A stretch of 61,368 nt of DNA, filler included, from Sphacelaria rigidula (taxonomy: Eukaryota): the NCBI GenBank assembly GCA_964200075.2. It is 10 parts of 10 records of this genome, joined end to end, with 100 filler letters (N's around TTAATTAATTAA, not from the genome) between each part and the next. Parts side by side here need not be neighbours in the genome. Positions count along the whole stretch, not along the records: positions 24,590 to 30,636 come from CAXNAA020022592.1; positions 30,737 to 36,783 come from CAXNAA020022593.1; positions 36,884 to 42,930 come from CAXNAA020022594.1; 7 more parts are not named here. One strand, 5' to 3'. A model generated the notes under the pieces. The model was not told the DNA's origin. It searched no databases and saw only the letters and a program-made list of their open reading frames with translations. Position 1 is the first letter of the stretch; each line of letters starts with the position of its first letter. Positions 26,550 through 39,367 of the stretch are shown here, piece by piece. A program made the translations under genes and the position numbers.

Positions 26550-27540
26550 GTGAGAAACAATTAGACTAGTCCCACGTTCTCCTCTAAACACTACGTGAGG
26601 TAAAACTAAAACCCGGAAACGTCAAAATCACCAACCAGGGGTATACGCCCCATGGTTCTGTCTTTGTACCCCTATAATGCCGGGGTGTTACGTGCCGGGT
26701 TCTCACCGGTCAGGCAAACATACAAAATCGAGTCCTCCCCACTCCCCAACACGTAGCATAAATGATCTGTTACAAGGGGATTCAAAAAGAAGAGAGGAAA
26801 AGTATGCGGAAACAAGAGACAGAGAAACAATGACCCAAAGAAACACGCCAAAGCACCAGCACGCAGAGAAACAAAACAAACATTACCACGCATATAATAC
26901 AAACAAGTCATCATTCCTGGGCGGTGGTGCACTGGTGCAGCAAAGCGGGGGAGTGATAAAAACGTTTGTCAAGGGAATTCAGTCCGCAACATATCGCGCC
27001 ACCCGATCCGCCTCTTTTCGCCTGCTTTCTTTCCTCGCCGTTTCCCCCGTCACCCTCCTGTCCCGTTGGTTTGTGCCGCATCTATGCCATTTCTGGGCCC
27101 GTTGTCTGGCTTGGTAGCTCGTTGTCGGCTAACCTCCTCTCCGCATCTATGCTATTTCTGGGCCCGTTGTCTGGCTTGGTAGCTCGTTGTCGGCTAGCCT
27201 CCTCTTCGTCCTCGTGCCGAGAGATCGTAAACCTCTCAGCCCCTCGTAGCACCCCCGAATGCCACGGTTCACCCCGCGTCACCTTCGCCGCCTCCGTTCA
27301 GACGAATCTCGAGACTCCGAAGACACACGGCTCGTCGGCTGTGGAGCCGTGCGTGGCCCCGAGCTGCCTCGGGTCGTCCTTCAGCATGTCAGGCAGTTCT
27401 GCTCCGGGCATCCCCAGCCCGAAACTTCTCCCCCCACCAGCTCGCCGAACATGAGTCGTTTCGGGAGTAGCCAGTCCGGCTGCCTCGCGACGGCTCCCGT
27501 CAGCAGCCAGCGCTGCTACCGAACAGTGGCTTGGAGCGCG
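26550..27540 (-). mobile_element. 3' fragment of an RTE-clade LINE (degenerate)
   Basis: Minus-strand peptide ..RWLLTGAVARQPDWLLPKRLMFGELVGG..GCPEQN..KDD..TEAAK..W..GV.RGAERF matches the conserved RTE ORF C-terminus (R..GHV.RM...RLPK..M.GEL). Stops and frameshifts present; the 3' boundary is approximate. Confidence 0.75.
27076..27204. repeat. 65-bp tandem duplication inside the RTE fragment
   Basis: ccgcatctatgccatttctgggcccgttgtctggcttggtagctcgttgtcggctaacctcctct occurs twice, at 27076 and 27141. Confidence 0.9.
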
Positions 27541-27790
27541 TACGATACACGAACAAGCATTCATGTAGATGGTTTCCGTCTGGCACCAACCGATGTTTGA
27601 CTTTTTAAATCGGCGTTCACAGGTGACCAACTTTGACCAACTCAGGCAGTGGTGTCGCTCGATCTGGACAACAGCCTTGATGCAATCCTTGGAAACATCA
27701 CCCCTCGTTTCACGTTCTTAATTCCTGGCTACATTTCTCTGCTCGTTTCCATCCTTTCCATCCTGCGACGGGCAAAGTAGGTGTTTTAAG

Positions 27791-28799
27791 ATGCGGACGG
27801 CCATTCTTCTCCGATCGTGGTTTGGTTCTGCGACGGTGATGCTGTTGACCAGCAACCTCGGCAGTGCTTTGCAGCCTCATTCGTCCTACGAGGACAACGG
27901 GCTTGACATGCACCGGAACCTTCAGGACTGCGGCCCATGTATGGAAGACGTAATTACAGATGGAGGAGAAACAAGCTGCACTGTGTGTTTGCAAGGTACG
28001 TTTGTAGACTAGTCGTCAACGCACGCTCTAGGAATAGTGGTTGCGAAGGAGGACGTTTGGATTTGTGATATGGGTGTGTCTGTGTCAACGCGAGATCCAC
28101 GCCGATGGGGATCCATCCGCCTACTGACCCGTTTATCTTGGGAACAGGCGTCGTGGCGTCGGCAGACTGAGTCGAGACGAGGAACGGAAAATTATAACCG
28201 CGCCACACGCTCTGTCTCCGGTATGTTGCTTCCCGCGCACGCCTTATTTCGCAGTGATTTCGGACTGCCTGGCGCCGTTCCAAGATGATTCTTCTTCTTA
28301 TGGAGCTGTTGGTCTCTGTACTCCTTGCGGGTCTATTTCCACGAGTGAACTGGAAGACTTCTACACGGAGCTGTGTGGCGAGCTCAGCGACATCACGAAA
28401 TACACGGTAGAGAACTGCTGGTCCTACCTGGTGCCTTCTTGCCCCGACTCGTTCGAAGACTCCTCCGATGTCTACACGACGGACTCGTCTGATGACTACA
28501 CGACGGACTCCTCCGACGACTTCACGACGGACTCCTCCGACGACTTCATCACGGACTCCTCCGACGACTTCACGACGGACTCGTCTGATGACTACACGAC
28601 GGACTCCTCCGACGACTACACGACGGACGATGATGACTCTATTGTGGTTTCTGCTATTACGACGGACGATGAATCGGTTGAGCCGGTTGAGCCGGCAGAG
28701 CCCAGCTCAAGCAACGGCAGCGTTTGTGCATACGGGAGTAACAGCGGGTACTTGGCGCTTGCCGTATTCACTGTGTTGCTATCGACTTGGATGCGCTAA
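27791..28799 (+). CDS. Secreted Cys-rich, acidic-repeat, probably GPI-anchored protein (249 aa); join(27791..27995,28255..28799)
   Basis: ATG, hydrophobic leader and HRNLQ motif. GT..AG intron with matching phase 1. Cys-rich domain, (Y/F)TTDSSDD repeats, S/G-rich spacer and hydrophobic tail YLALAVFTVLLSTWMR*. Confidence 0.8.
28473..28628 (+). repeat. Coding 24-nt tandem repeat, (Y/F)TTDSSDD x6.5
   Basis: Unit t(a/t)cacgacggactc(g/c)tc(t/c)ga(t/c)gac, read directly. Confidence 0.9.
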
Positions 28800-30636
28800 A
28801 AGCGCCTTGAGCGTGTCCGAGAGCGCGATTTAGCCCAATACCAAGGGTACGTGCACCCAAGCTTACTCATCATCTGCCGTTCACGATTTTAGCGCAAACG
28901 CCGCTCTGTTCGCAATCGCTTTGTGTTTGTCGAGCGAAGCGTGTCTCTATTGTGGCCGCCTCGGCTTTCACGCCCACCCAAGACGGGGGCGAACATCGGT
29001 TTTCAGGACTGAAATATGTACCCGATAATGTATGCTAGTTTCGAGTATTGTGGGACTACTGTAGCTTTTGTTGGCTTGAGTGATGTTCAGGGTGTATTGT
29101 AGCACCCCAGCTCCGCTTGGGGACACTTTTTTTTGTGTTGCTGCTGCATCGCCTATTTCATATGTTGACCGTCAACTCCTACATATTCATCCCAACACAT
29201 ACGCCAAGAGCCTATATCTACCCTCTTGAGAATTTCTCAATCCGCCAAAATCACAGAAATGTCCTTAGAGGAATATCCAATCAAAATCAACGTCATATCA
29301 GTATCGCGTCTTGCAGAGCGACGGACAACCCGGAAACGTGTCATTCAACCAGAATCAAAAACCTGAAACAACCCCGAAATTCCAACTTCTTGGCCAATAC
29401 AAATCAGCATTCGGAAAGCACAAAGGCCCCAACCATTACCAACAGGTATATGCCAAATCCGTCCGCCATTTCAATATCCAGAAACATCCATAACGGCAGA
29501 AGTAGAACAACGTCCAAAAACCCAACACAAGAAATGTCCGAGGGGCGTCCATCGCTACGTTCCTGCTGTCAATCAATCAAGCAAACATGAAATCGCAATC
29601 AATCGGCTCCCGAGTCTCTGATCCCGCAATGTAAGCAGTGTCGAAACACTCAGGTGCCCATCTCAAGCAAAACAGAAAATCCAAAATACAGTACGCCCCC
29701 TTACTCCCTGAGGCATAAGGGAAGCCTGCACAAAACGTGAGGAAAAAATCACCAAAAACATCAAGCGTTTCAGACATCTGCCCCCCTGCCTTCTGAGGTA
29801 CAACGCAGAGCCAATGCAAACCCAAAACATAGAAACGGTCTACTGCAACAAGGAGCATGGTACATCATCCCCCCCTCATAATGCTTGACGGGGCCATTGA
29901 CCTGCGTTCCCTTCTCAAAATCAGTCATTCCACGAAGATGGGCTGTCTAGAGAGTACATGCTGGAGATATATACAAGTATGTGCGTTGTTGTTGTTGTTG
30001 TGCTGGGTCGCTACTATTCCGACCTTACAGCGAGGGCGACTTCGCGTCGGTGGCCTTCACAGCCTCTTCGGAACAGATGGAGATTTGCGGCGGTATGCGA
30101 ACAAGAGCGGTTGTGGTCTCGTTTTCCGTCACCTTTTCGTCACAGCAGAAGCGGCTCTTCAGCTAAGGCAGAATGTCGTCTGTGAACTCGACCGACAGTT
30201 GGGTCGCCCGGCTTCTCCGAATGATCTGTGATCGGAGGCCATGTAACGATCTTCGAGTTTTCCATACGTACATCTCGAGCATGTGTTCTAGCAAATCTGT
30301 CACAGCCATGAAGTGGCCCTTGTTTCGTGACGATCAACCCTCTCCGCGCTTTCTCGTGTTTGGGATTTCATTTGAAATTGTTTCGATTGGTACGAGCCCA
30401 TGAAGGCGACATGCAAATCACAGATGTCTACAGTTGCGCCTGTCTGGACTAGGTGCGGGGTCAAAGCTCTAGTGACCTTACACTCGATATCCCCAACCTA
30501 GTTCTGAGTTTTCCCACGGACAATACCTCGTGGTGTGTTGTTGTGCGTATCACGACGGCGTTCGACTTCAGCTATTTTTAACGCCCTAACCTAAAAATTG
30601 TGTCGGTTAATCTCGGAGTCATCCTACGATAGGGGG

Positions 30637-30736
30637 NNNNNNNNNNNNNNNNNNNNNNNNNNNNNNNNNNNNNNNNNNNNTTAATTAATTAANNNNNNNN
30701 NNNNNNNNNNNNNNNNNNNNNNNNNNNNNNNNNNNN
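30637..30736. other. Artificial contig spacer
   Basis: N44-TTAATTAATTAA-N44. Confidence 0.98.
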
Positions 30737-30988
30737 AAATGAGTGCGCCCCCCTACCCCCCGCGCGCGCACCCCTCTCCCCCACGATGGCCTCATGGCAA
30801 AAGCATCCAAGATGATAAGGACACCTTCCCCCACCCCCACCCCCACCCCCACCCCCGATGTTTCTTTAATTTCCGTCTTTTCCGTTCCCTTCTGCAACGA
30901 ACGGCGCGCGCCATTATTTTTTCACCTCGATTGGTCGACCGTCGTTCATCCACCCCCTTTCTCACCGCAAAACACACGCCGCCCGCAG

Positions 30989-33900
30989 ACGGAACGACAC
31001 AAACGAACTGCGGAACAAAAGGCCCGCTTCTACAGCGGCCCAGCTACAAAATCACGGACTGCGTCTGAAGCAGCGGCGGTGGCAGCCGCTGCCACGGCGG
31101 GGCCGACTTCCGCCGTCGCCTGCGGAACAACCCCAGCGGGGGATGCTTGGCGACCAACCCCGGAAGAAATGGAAGAGGAACGCCTCCTGGAGGAATCTTT
31201 GATCCGCCCGCCGTCGCCTTCGGCGGCGGCGTTTGTGTTCACTGACCCCGGAAATACCAAGCGATATGACGGCACGACGACACATACGGGGAAGGGTCTT
31301 TCCGGTGAGGTAGCATGGGCGGCAGCGGTAGAAACCGGAGCAGACGCGAACGTGGCAACTGAAACCCCAATTGCTGCTGCTGCAGCTGCTGCAGCTGCTG
31401 CAGGTTCAAGTTACTCCACGGGATCGACATCCATGTTATCGTCATCAATACCATCCCCACCAGCATCGACTAAGGCGGGAGGGGGCGGTGGAGCGATGAG
31501 TCCGAGGCGTGTTGATTCTGCAGGCCACCGGCGACGGCAACCAACCGACGAGGATAGTAGTGCTGCTGCTGCTGCTGATTCTGTTGTTGTCGAGAGGGGA
31601 AATGAGACTGCTGGGGCTAAACGAAAGAAGGAACGGCGAAATAATAGTCACAGGGGTGGAGGGGGAGTAGGGGGTAGCGAAGGGGACTGGGGGGAAGAGA
31701 GCGCGCCTGAGCCGTCCGTGCCGGTGGGGGCCTTGCAAGCGGAAAATGCGGATCTTGTGGTCAGATATCAAAACGAGTTGGACGATGCGAGACTGGTGGA
31801 GACCAAGATGTCAGAGGTATGTGTGGGTCTGCGTATTTTTTTGTTTTGTTGGTTCCTCTACGCTATTTCTTCATAGCAGTAATCACTTTTTTTTACTATT
31901 TTCTTGTGCAAATAGCTGATTTGGTGGAAGGTAACGCTCGGTTCGAATTATTACCCACTTCGCAGAGATATTCCAGATCTCCAGTACCCCCCACTCCACC
32001 GTTAGTTCCGTCTCGAAAGGGATGCGTGGTCAATGATCAAATGACTGAGGCAAGCAACAAATGAGTACGCCCCCCCCCCCCTCCCCTCAGTCATTTTTAT
32101 TTATTTTTTGTGTCATGAACGACCCAGCATTGGATGTCTCTGCTACGAGTACTCTGTAAAAAGTCGCATCAATCGGATGATAAATCAAGCCCGGTCCCGC
32201 GCAAAATAAGCGATGGTTAACAGCCGCGTCCCGGTCGTATAATGGTTCGACTGTCGCCACTAGAGAACGAGGGTTCGATTCCCGATGCGTCGGTTTTCTT
32301 CTTCGTAATACCTGATTTCCATCGTGGAAAGCGTGAGAACGTGAGTAAACAAAGTAGTCGACTGAGTTAGTTTGACGTGAGTTGACACGGTGCGGGAGTG
32401 TTGGTCATGATCCAATCCGCGAGACCAAAATGCAAGGCGTGTACCGGGGAGAGATAGGTTGATCCCTTGAGACTGTTAGACCACGGACTCGCCCCGAGGA
32501 AGGGGAGGACTTCAAAGTGTAACAAATAAAAAAATATTAATAACAACACATACCTATATTCTTCCCAAATCCCTTGCGATGGTTGACAAGGCTAATCCGA
32601 ACCCAAACTCAAGAGCAGTTCGAAAGCCTTCGGGCAATGGGAAGTGCGCAGACCGCCCTAGGCGACATGTGGTTTGTGAGCCTAAAGACATGCTGCGCAC
32701 GCTGCTCGCTCGGTGGTAAAGGGCTTGAGACAGGGAGCCCTATGAAGATCCGAATATGATTGTTTACCCTAGAAACGCACGGAGATATCACCACTTGGGA
32801 ATGTGGACCTTTCCCGGAATTTTATTGCTTATTTGAGTTGACAACCGAGATTTTTATCTTCAGTGGGGGCTGACAGTCTCGAGTGCTCCTAGCGTGCGCA
32901 GAACTTGTTTTTGTCCACATCGGCGAAGCACGCAATAGTAAGGTCTACCAACGCACACTTTGTCTTGGGCACGTTTTGCATCCACCCCTCTTGCCCGAGA
33001 GTTGTCTGTATGCTTTGGGTTGGGGTTAGCATTATTTCAAAATCATTATTCCCCGACAAGGTTATTCAAAAGGGTCATTTGACCAAGTGTTGATCCGAGT
33101 TCACTACGTAGAAACGATCGAGTATGTCCATGTCTCAACCATCGCTGATTTGCGCCGAACTGGGGTGAACTCAGGTGTATCAGAGCACAATAGATAGCCC
33201 CCCAGCCGCCGGTCGAACATTGGAAATGCGAATTTCAGCGTGGAGTTGCTAAGCTTGTGTGCGGGTGCATCCAAGTGTCCACGTCAAGCGTAGAAAAACA
33301 CTTGAAGGCGTTGTCGACGAACGGCGTTGCAAAACTGTTCTGGGCCCTTTGAGGTACTAAACTTCATTTCTGATGGTTCTTAGTCATCCCTTTCGTCTTC
33401 GATTGTTGGAGCGGCCTCGAGTGGACCGATACCTGAGTGTGACACGTAAAAGTTTAGAGTACACATGAAGTGTTGATATGAATGCAGCCGTTGACAGCGA
33501 AGGGGTTGACAATCCTGGAAGGATGTTCCGCCCCGCCCGACTCTGACACACGACGGTTTTTGCTTATTTTTGTCAAGGAACAAGTCAACGGTCTACTCTT
33601 CTTAGCATACTGCTGCTGCGGGGAAAACTGATGTGGATAAAAAGGGGGTATGTCTATATAGTATAAGGGGTAGGCAGTGGGAAAAACTAGTGTAGACAAA
33701 AAGGGGGTACATCTATCTATAGTATAAGGGATAGGTACAGCACGACGGTAGTGAAATTGAACCAGGGCTATGATCCAAAATGGCAGTATTGTACGGAAGG
33801 GGGTTAATGGAGTCATGGTAATGCTGGTGTGTGTGTTTTGTTCTCACTTCTAACTCCTCCCCTCTCTCTTCTCGGAACAGAAACGAGTCCGTGTTTTTGA

Positions 33901-36470
33901 TAAATCAACTCATCTCATCTTTCCCCCGGCTCATGCCTCGCATTTTGGTCTCTTGGATCGGACCAACACTACTTCCGCACCTCGTCAACTGTCGTGTGAC
34001 AAACTCAGGCCAACATCTCTCGTTATTTTACTCACGTAAGTCCTCAAGCTTTCAACAATGGAAATCAGATCCAAATACTTCCTCCGAGACACAAGCCAAA
34101 CTAGAGGCATATATCTGGCGGGAATCGAGCCCGCGTTTTTCCCGCCCAATTGGTGTCAGTCGTACCATTTTAATTTAGACCACCAGGACGCGGAGGTATT
34201 CGGAGGGCATAAATCCGGCTATGGTGGCGGAAACCACTTCCCTGAGCCACCTGTTCCCCTATATTTATTTTCATTCTGAACAGATGGAGTAAAAAAACGC
34301 ACACCCGTGATCCTCGCCGCACAATCATGCTGCCCTAGATTCCGGACGTTTTTCCCGATTTTTTTTCTTTTTATCGGAAAAAAATTAGATCCTCGCCGCA
34401 AAGATTTTTTTTCGGAAAATTGTGGACTTTTTCCCTTGAGGCTCGTCGTGGGTCAGAGAAGTAAGTCATGGTGTTGGTTTCGGGCTCCATACACTGAATG
34501 CCCTGAAGCACTGTTGACATGATAGCCGGAAACAGAGCGTGACATTTCGTTTGTATATCGTAACACATGCTTTCCGTGTGCTTTAGGCCACAATGCTTCG
34601 CCCGACATGCGCCTTAAGCGCGTTGTACCGGCTATACAGTAGACAACTTCGTCTATATGACAGTACAGGACAAATGGATGATGACTAAGAACAATGGACA
34701 CGCCATCTTCCTTGGGGTTATAGGCTGTGCGGGCCGTCGATTCACAGTACAAGCCAGGTACTGATCGAAACCTCTACTGACAGGCTTCTCGCCGATGCCG
34801 GCACTACTTGCGCATATTCGTAGTTTGGGTAGAGAAAAAAGTAACCCCCCAAAAAACTCGATCATATAACTGCTCCGAGAAACGTGTTTTTTTTTCATTG
34901 TCCCCAGGGGACAGAAAGGCAGGAACGTTCAGTAGACCTTACGAACTGTACGTAAACAATGGTTGGTACTCGATTTTACTCGATTTCGGACTGCACAAAG
35001 TTCTGAGAAAATTCATGGTCTGGGGCAGGTGAGCACTGGTGAGCAGTAGACTCAGCTAGTCCAAAACGTGTTTTCGTCCAAAATCGGCTCAAAGGCATCG
35101 ATTTGAGCTCTGCCAACGCACACGTTTCCCAGGGAACACTCTGCACCCCCTTGCCCGAGGGTTCTCGGTATGCCTTGGTTGGGGTTTGGGTTTGGGTTAG
35201 CGTTAGAATTAGCGGTATCTCCATTGTACCAACCATTGTTCACGTACAGTTCGTCAGGTCGCCTCGGAAAGTTTGCCGTTTCATGCGCCATCTCTAGTTT
35301 CGTGAAGCGCGTTTGAACATCCAGGCAGTTGTTGCGCTCCAGTTTTTCCTCGCGTTTTCAAGATCCGCCTTCAAGCGAACCCGTCATCATTGCTGGTTCG
35401 GTGTCTGTTGTTCGGTAGGGGTGGGCACCAAGGCAGGGCACACCCTCTCCCGTACTCGGGAACCTCGGAGTCGCACGGAGAGTTAATTTTCCTTGCGGTA
35501 CACCAGCTCCACTCTGTGCACGAGGCACTTTACCCATACGGGCTTCGGTCCTCATCCGAGAAACATTTTGCACGTATTTTGAAGGCCGTTCGCCTCACTT
35601 TATGCACAGGTGGGGATGTCTGCGGCTCGGAAAGCCCCGACGAGAGCCTTCATTCGACATTATTTTAGTTCAAGTTTAACCGTGGAAAGCGATGCCCCCG
35701 CCACAGACACGAGGCCAAACAAATGTCTCGAGGAAGGGGTAATCTTCGCCACCTTATTGCACCGGCAGTTGGCAACCCGCCGCATCGTGCGTTGGCTGGC
35801 AAATGGCGCAAGACAATCCAAGCGGGTACTCGATTCAGAACCGGGCGTTTGGCATACCCATAACCACCAACCTGAGCTCCATAATACTCCATATCGGACA
35901 CTGTTGTTTCTCTCCACATCTCGACCAAATTTCACCTCCTCTTCTTGTCCAAATTTCAACCCCTCTCACGTCCAAATTCCATCCGGTTGTTGTTTGTCGC
36001 CCTCGAACCAACATGAATCACGGAGGAAGCGGACTGGAAATAAAAACAAAAACAAGAATATTTAAATTTCGTCGTTCCAGGAGCATTCGTCAAGGGGAAA
36101 TCTTGCTTCCCTCAACACCAAGAACTCAGAACTCAAAACCGATAGATCACGTTCTCTCCCTCCTTTTTTTGCTTTCCATTTTTTCCCTGCCTCCGTGTGA
36201 TTTTTTTCCTCTTCTTTTCGTCTTGTTTTTTTCCCCTTTTGTTGCCAGATCTCGGGCCTCATGGGGCTGTTCGCATCGAAGGTCGTGGAGCAGCAGGGGG
36301 GCATGGAACACGTCTTCGACGCCGCTGTGTCGGTAAACGATAAGCTCGTCCGGGGGGGAGAGCACCTCGAGAAGGCGATAGAGAGGGGTGGCGCTTTCCG
36401 GATGTTCTACGCGTGGTTCATGATGGGCGCCTCTCTTTGTTTGCTATTTTTGCACTTCTACCGGCCGTAA
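30989..36470 (+). CDS. STX18: Syntaxin-18/Ufe1/SYP81-like Qa-SNARE, 3' part: exons 30989-31816 and 36249-36470
   Basis: Spliced peptide LQAENADLVVRYQNELDDARLVETKMSE|ISGLMGLFASKVVEQQGGMEHVFDAAVSVNDKLVRGGEHLEKAIERGGAFRMFYAWFMMGASLCLLFLHFYRP* gives a SNARE coil plus a C-terminal TM with the LLFLxxY ending typical of syntaxin 18. Phase-0 GT-AG intron of 4.4 kb. Confidence 0.85.
32003..32081 (+). mobile_element. LINE 3' module family A (intronic)
   Basis: ttccgtctcgaaagggatgcgtggtcaatgatcaaatgactgaggcaagcaacaaatgagtacg followed by C12; a C-tract also lies upstream. Confidence 0.85.
32226..32510 (+). mobile_element. tRNA-headed SINE, family 1
   Basis: Head gcgtcccggtcgtataatggttcg..gggttcgattccc (A/B boxes). 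Body is collinear with the minus-strand copy at 39368-39649. Confidence 0.8.
34935..35260. mobile_element. MITE with >=35-bp TIRs and an internal degenerate telomere-like tract
   Basis: gaccttacgaactgtacgtaaacaatggttggtac / gtaccaaccattgttcacgtacagttcgtcaggtc. Internal ggtttgggtttgggttagcgttag at ~35183-35206. Confidence 0.75.
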
Positions 36471-36688
36471 AGTGAAGAACGGAGTGAGCGAGCAAGCAGA
36501 CGCTGAGGCTGCGATTGATCGTGCGTGCGTATTAATAGGATTAAGATCACGGAGGCGGGGTTGAGGGGTGAGGGGCTTGACCCACTAAGTTTGAGAACTT
36601 GAGGCAGGACTCTTACCCAATTTACACCTGCATCCTATACCCTCTGGACAAGGGATTTTATGGTAAAAAAATGTACTGTGTACAGTAC

Positions 36689-36783
36689 GGTCGCCCCGGT
36701 GGCTCAGTTGGTAACCTTGTAACCTTCTGATGGTTGAGTAGTGGGGTTCGATTCCCGGAGCAATCTGGGATCATTTCTCACAC
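36689..36783 (+). mobile_element. tRNA-headed SINE, family 2 (5' part, cut by contig end)
   Basis: ggtcgccccggtggctcagttggtaacc..ggggttcgattcccggagc; continues like the copy at 44190. Confidence 0.8.
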
Positions 36784-36883
36784 NNNNNNNNNNNNNNNNN
36801 NNNNNNNNNNNNNNNNNNNNNNNNNNNTTAATTAATTAANNNNNNNNNNNNNNNNNNNNNNNNNNNNNNNNNNNNNNNNNNNN
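36784..36883. other. Artificial contig spacer
   Basis: N44-TTAATTAATTAA-N44. Confidence 0.98.
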
Positions 36884-39367
36884 AGACTACTGACCAAGTC
36901 AGCGCTGACTTGTCAGTAGTCTAGTTGGTTGTCTCTTAAACCGTCACACATCGGAATAATTATTACTTATGGGAACCTACTCTTTCTACTGTACCGAGTT
37001 GTTCAGCGTGTGCTGCAGGTTTCAGCATGGGCTGACGCCTATGAGCCATGCTAGCAACAGTTAGGTCACCACCATATGTATATTTTTTCACTCCGCACGT
37101 CAAATAGATTTCTACAATTGTTTGACCTCTCATACACCCCCCTCAACTGGCGTGTGACATGCTCTTCTGCTCGGGCACCCAGTGGGGGAGGTCGGCGAAA
37201 ATCAGCGATGAACAACACCCCCTAAATACAAATTGGATCTATCTGTTATTGCCGCAGCACCACCCTTGCTGGCATGCGTGTGGCAGAAAACAGTAGTAGC
37301 GGTGACGGGAAGATTGCCCTATTTTTTCAACATGTTTTTCATCGCACAGAGGCACGTCCTGCCCGAAAGAAGAGGCAGAGAGAAATCAATCTTCGCGTTG
37401 GCGACAGGCAAGAAGAGACGACGGAATCTCTCCGCACGTCGATGCTCTGGCACATGGAAAATTCGGCACATGCTGGTAAGATCAATGATGCCAGTCTCTC
37501 GAGAGTTTGGTAATCCCCGAGCGGGGACACACAAAGGGCACGGGCGAGGAGCTTCCTCTCTGTCGTTGCTTCTCTCTCTGGTGATGTCATCATCGACACG
37601 CGTGTACGCCGCATTCGTTAGGTGCACCTAGCCACAGCTGCTCAACTGCTGCGGACATTTGGGGGAGAAGATGGCTTCGCTCGGTCGCAAGTGTTTCGCG
37701 TCTCCCCTACAAGAGAATATTGCCACTTCAACCCCATTTTAGGGATCAACCCCAAAACATAGGATCCGCTGTTAGTTCCACTCCGTCACCTACTGGTTGC
37801 TTCCGACAACTACTATACGCAATACAAATTTGGATCCTGATAACCGGTATGTTGGGATTCTAGGTGAAAAATATATATTGAGGAATTTTGATGATCAGAT
37901 CAGATCGCCGAAATTCCTCAAAAATGGGTACGAGCAGGGTCAGCTTAAAAGCTGTTCAAAGTTGCTCACACCACAGCTTCCCCAGTTTCCCGAATGAAGT
38001 CGATATAAGTATATCACTGTGAAGTGTAGACCAACCTGATGGCACACGGGACTGCCGCTGAATAATTGTGTTTCAAATGTATCGGATGATGTATGAAGTT
38101 AACGACGGGCGAAAAAAAAGAGAGAATCGGTCGGGATTCGAACTCATGACCTCTAAAATTTGATTCTCCCATCACTTGATTTATAGGGGTGCAGCAGCGT
38201 CACGGAAAATGTTGAACGCACAGCCCAATCCGACGACTCTCAAGCTGAAATTTGAGGGGGACCTTCCACACCCAAGAAACTGATACTAGACGTGTCCAGC
38301 TGCAGATTCTCATCTTTTTCCTGGACTCATGACATTATCTTGTCATTGCTGAAATTTCAAATGCCTTCAACTTTGTTTTTTTCCCCTTTTTTTCTTTGCT
38401 GCACTATGATCTTCTGCATTTCGATCATAGAAAGCTGCTGTTAACATTTCAGCGTTCAAGTCCTAATATCGCACCCTGAGCGAGATCCACACATACTCTT
38501 GGCTGGCCCAGCTCGTATTTCACCTTGGATCAAAACATGTCAATTAAGGAAATCGAAATGTTTATGGCATGAAGTAGGTGTCAAAAGCTACCAGCAAGTA
38601 GAGAAATGGATCCATATTTCGAAGATCTGATGTGGATACGAAGATATACATTCTCCGGATTTCTCATCCTTGATAAAAAGTTGTTGATGACACCGCGACT
38701 AGTTTTGGCGCCGTGCTCGTTCTTTGAGGATTTTTTTTACGGGGAGTCGGGGAAGGCACGACACGGGTGTGATTCGTGCGCAAAAAACATGGCACGGGCA
38801 CGTTTTATCTGAACTCCCACCGGCGGAGTACTGTCATCTTCGATTTTCAGAGCTCACGTCACATTAGTTCAATTCTTTCACTATATGAGTTTTTATCTCC
38901 GCCCCGTGGTCACGGGGTGCAAGGAACTCACCACCAATGACCATGGAACCAAGACTCTGCAGAGGATGTCTTGGCACAAAAAACTGTATACGAAAGCAAT
39001 CACCGCGCCAAAACCAATCGAGCAACGAGGAACACACTGCAAGGCAGCAAACTACCGGCGTGCGATCTAGACGACCAAATTACCACCCCTTGCTGCATGT
39101 ACATGTAGGAACAGCAAACGCGGGAATCGACATGTCGCAGGCAGCGAGAGCCACCCCGAAAAATACTTGATAATATTGAAAAATATCGCAGGTTTAAAGA
39201 AATTAGGTGATGGCTTCATCGACAAAACATCAACTGACTTGGCTCAGCATCAACATCAAGTGAGTTGATCACCCTATTATTAGTTCGGTGTAATTACCCA
39301 GAGCTAATCCAAGTTCGAGAACCTCAAATCTATCTGCCCTTTTGTTTTCCCCCCCACACACTTTCAA

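Noticed and set aside
27791..36470. Functional linkage of the secreted protein and the syntaxin
   Set aside because: They are on different contigs separated by an artificial spacer.
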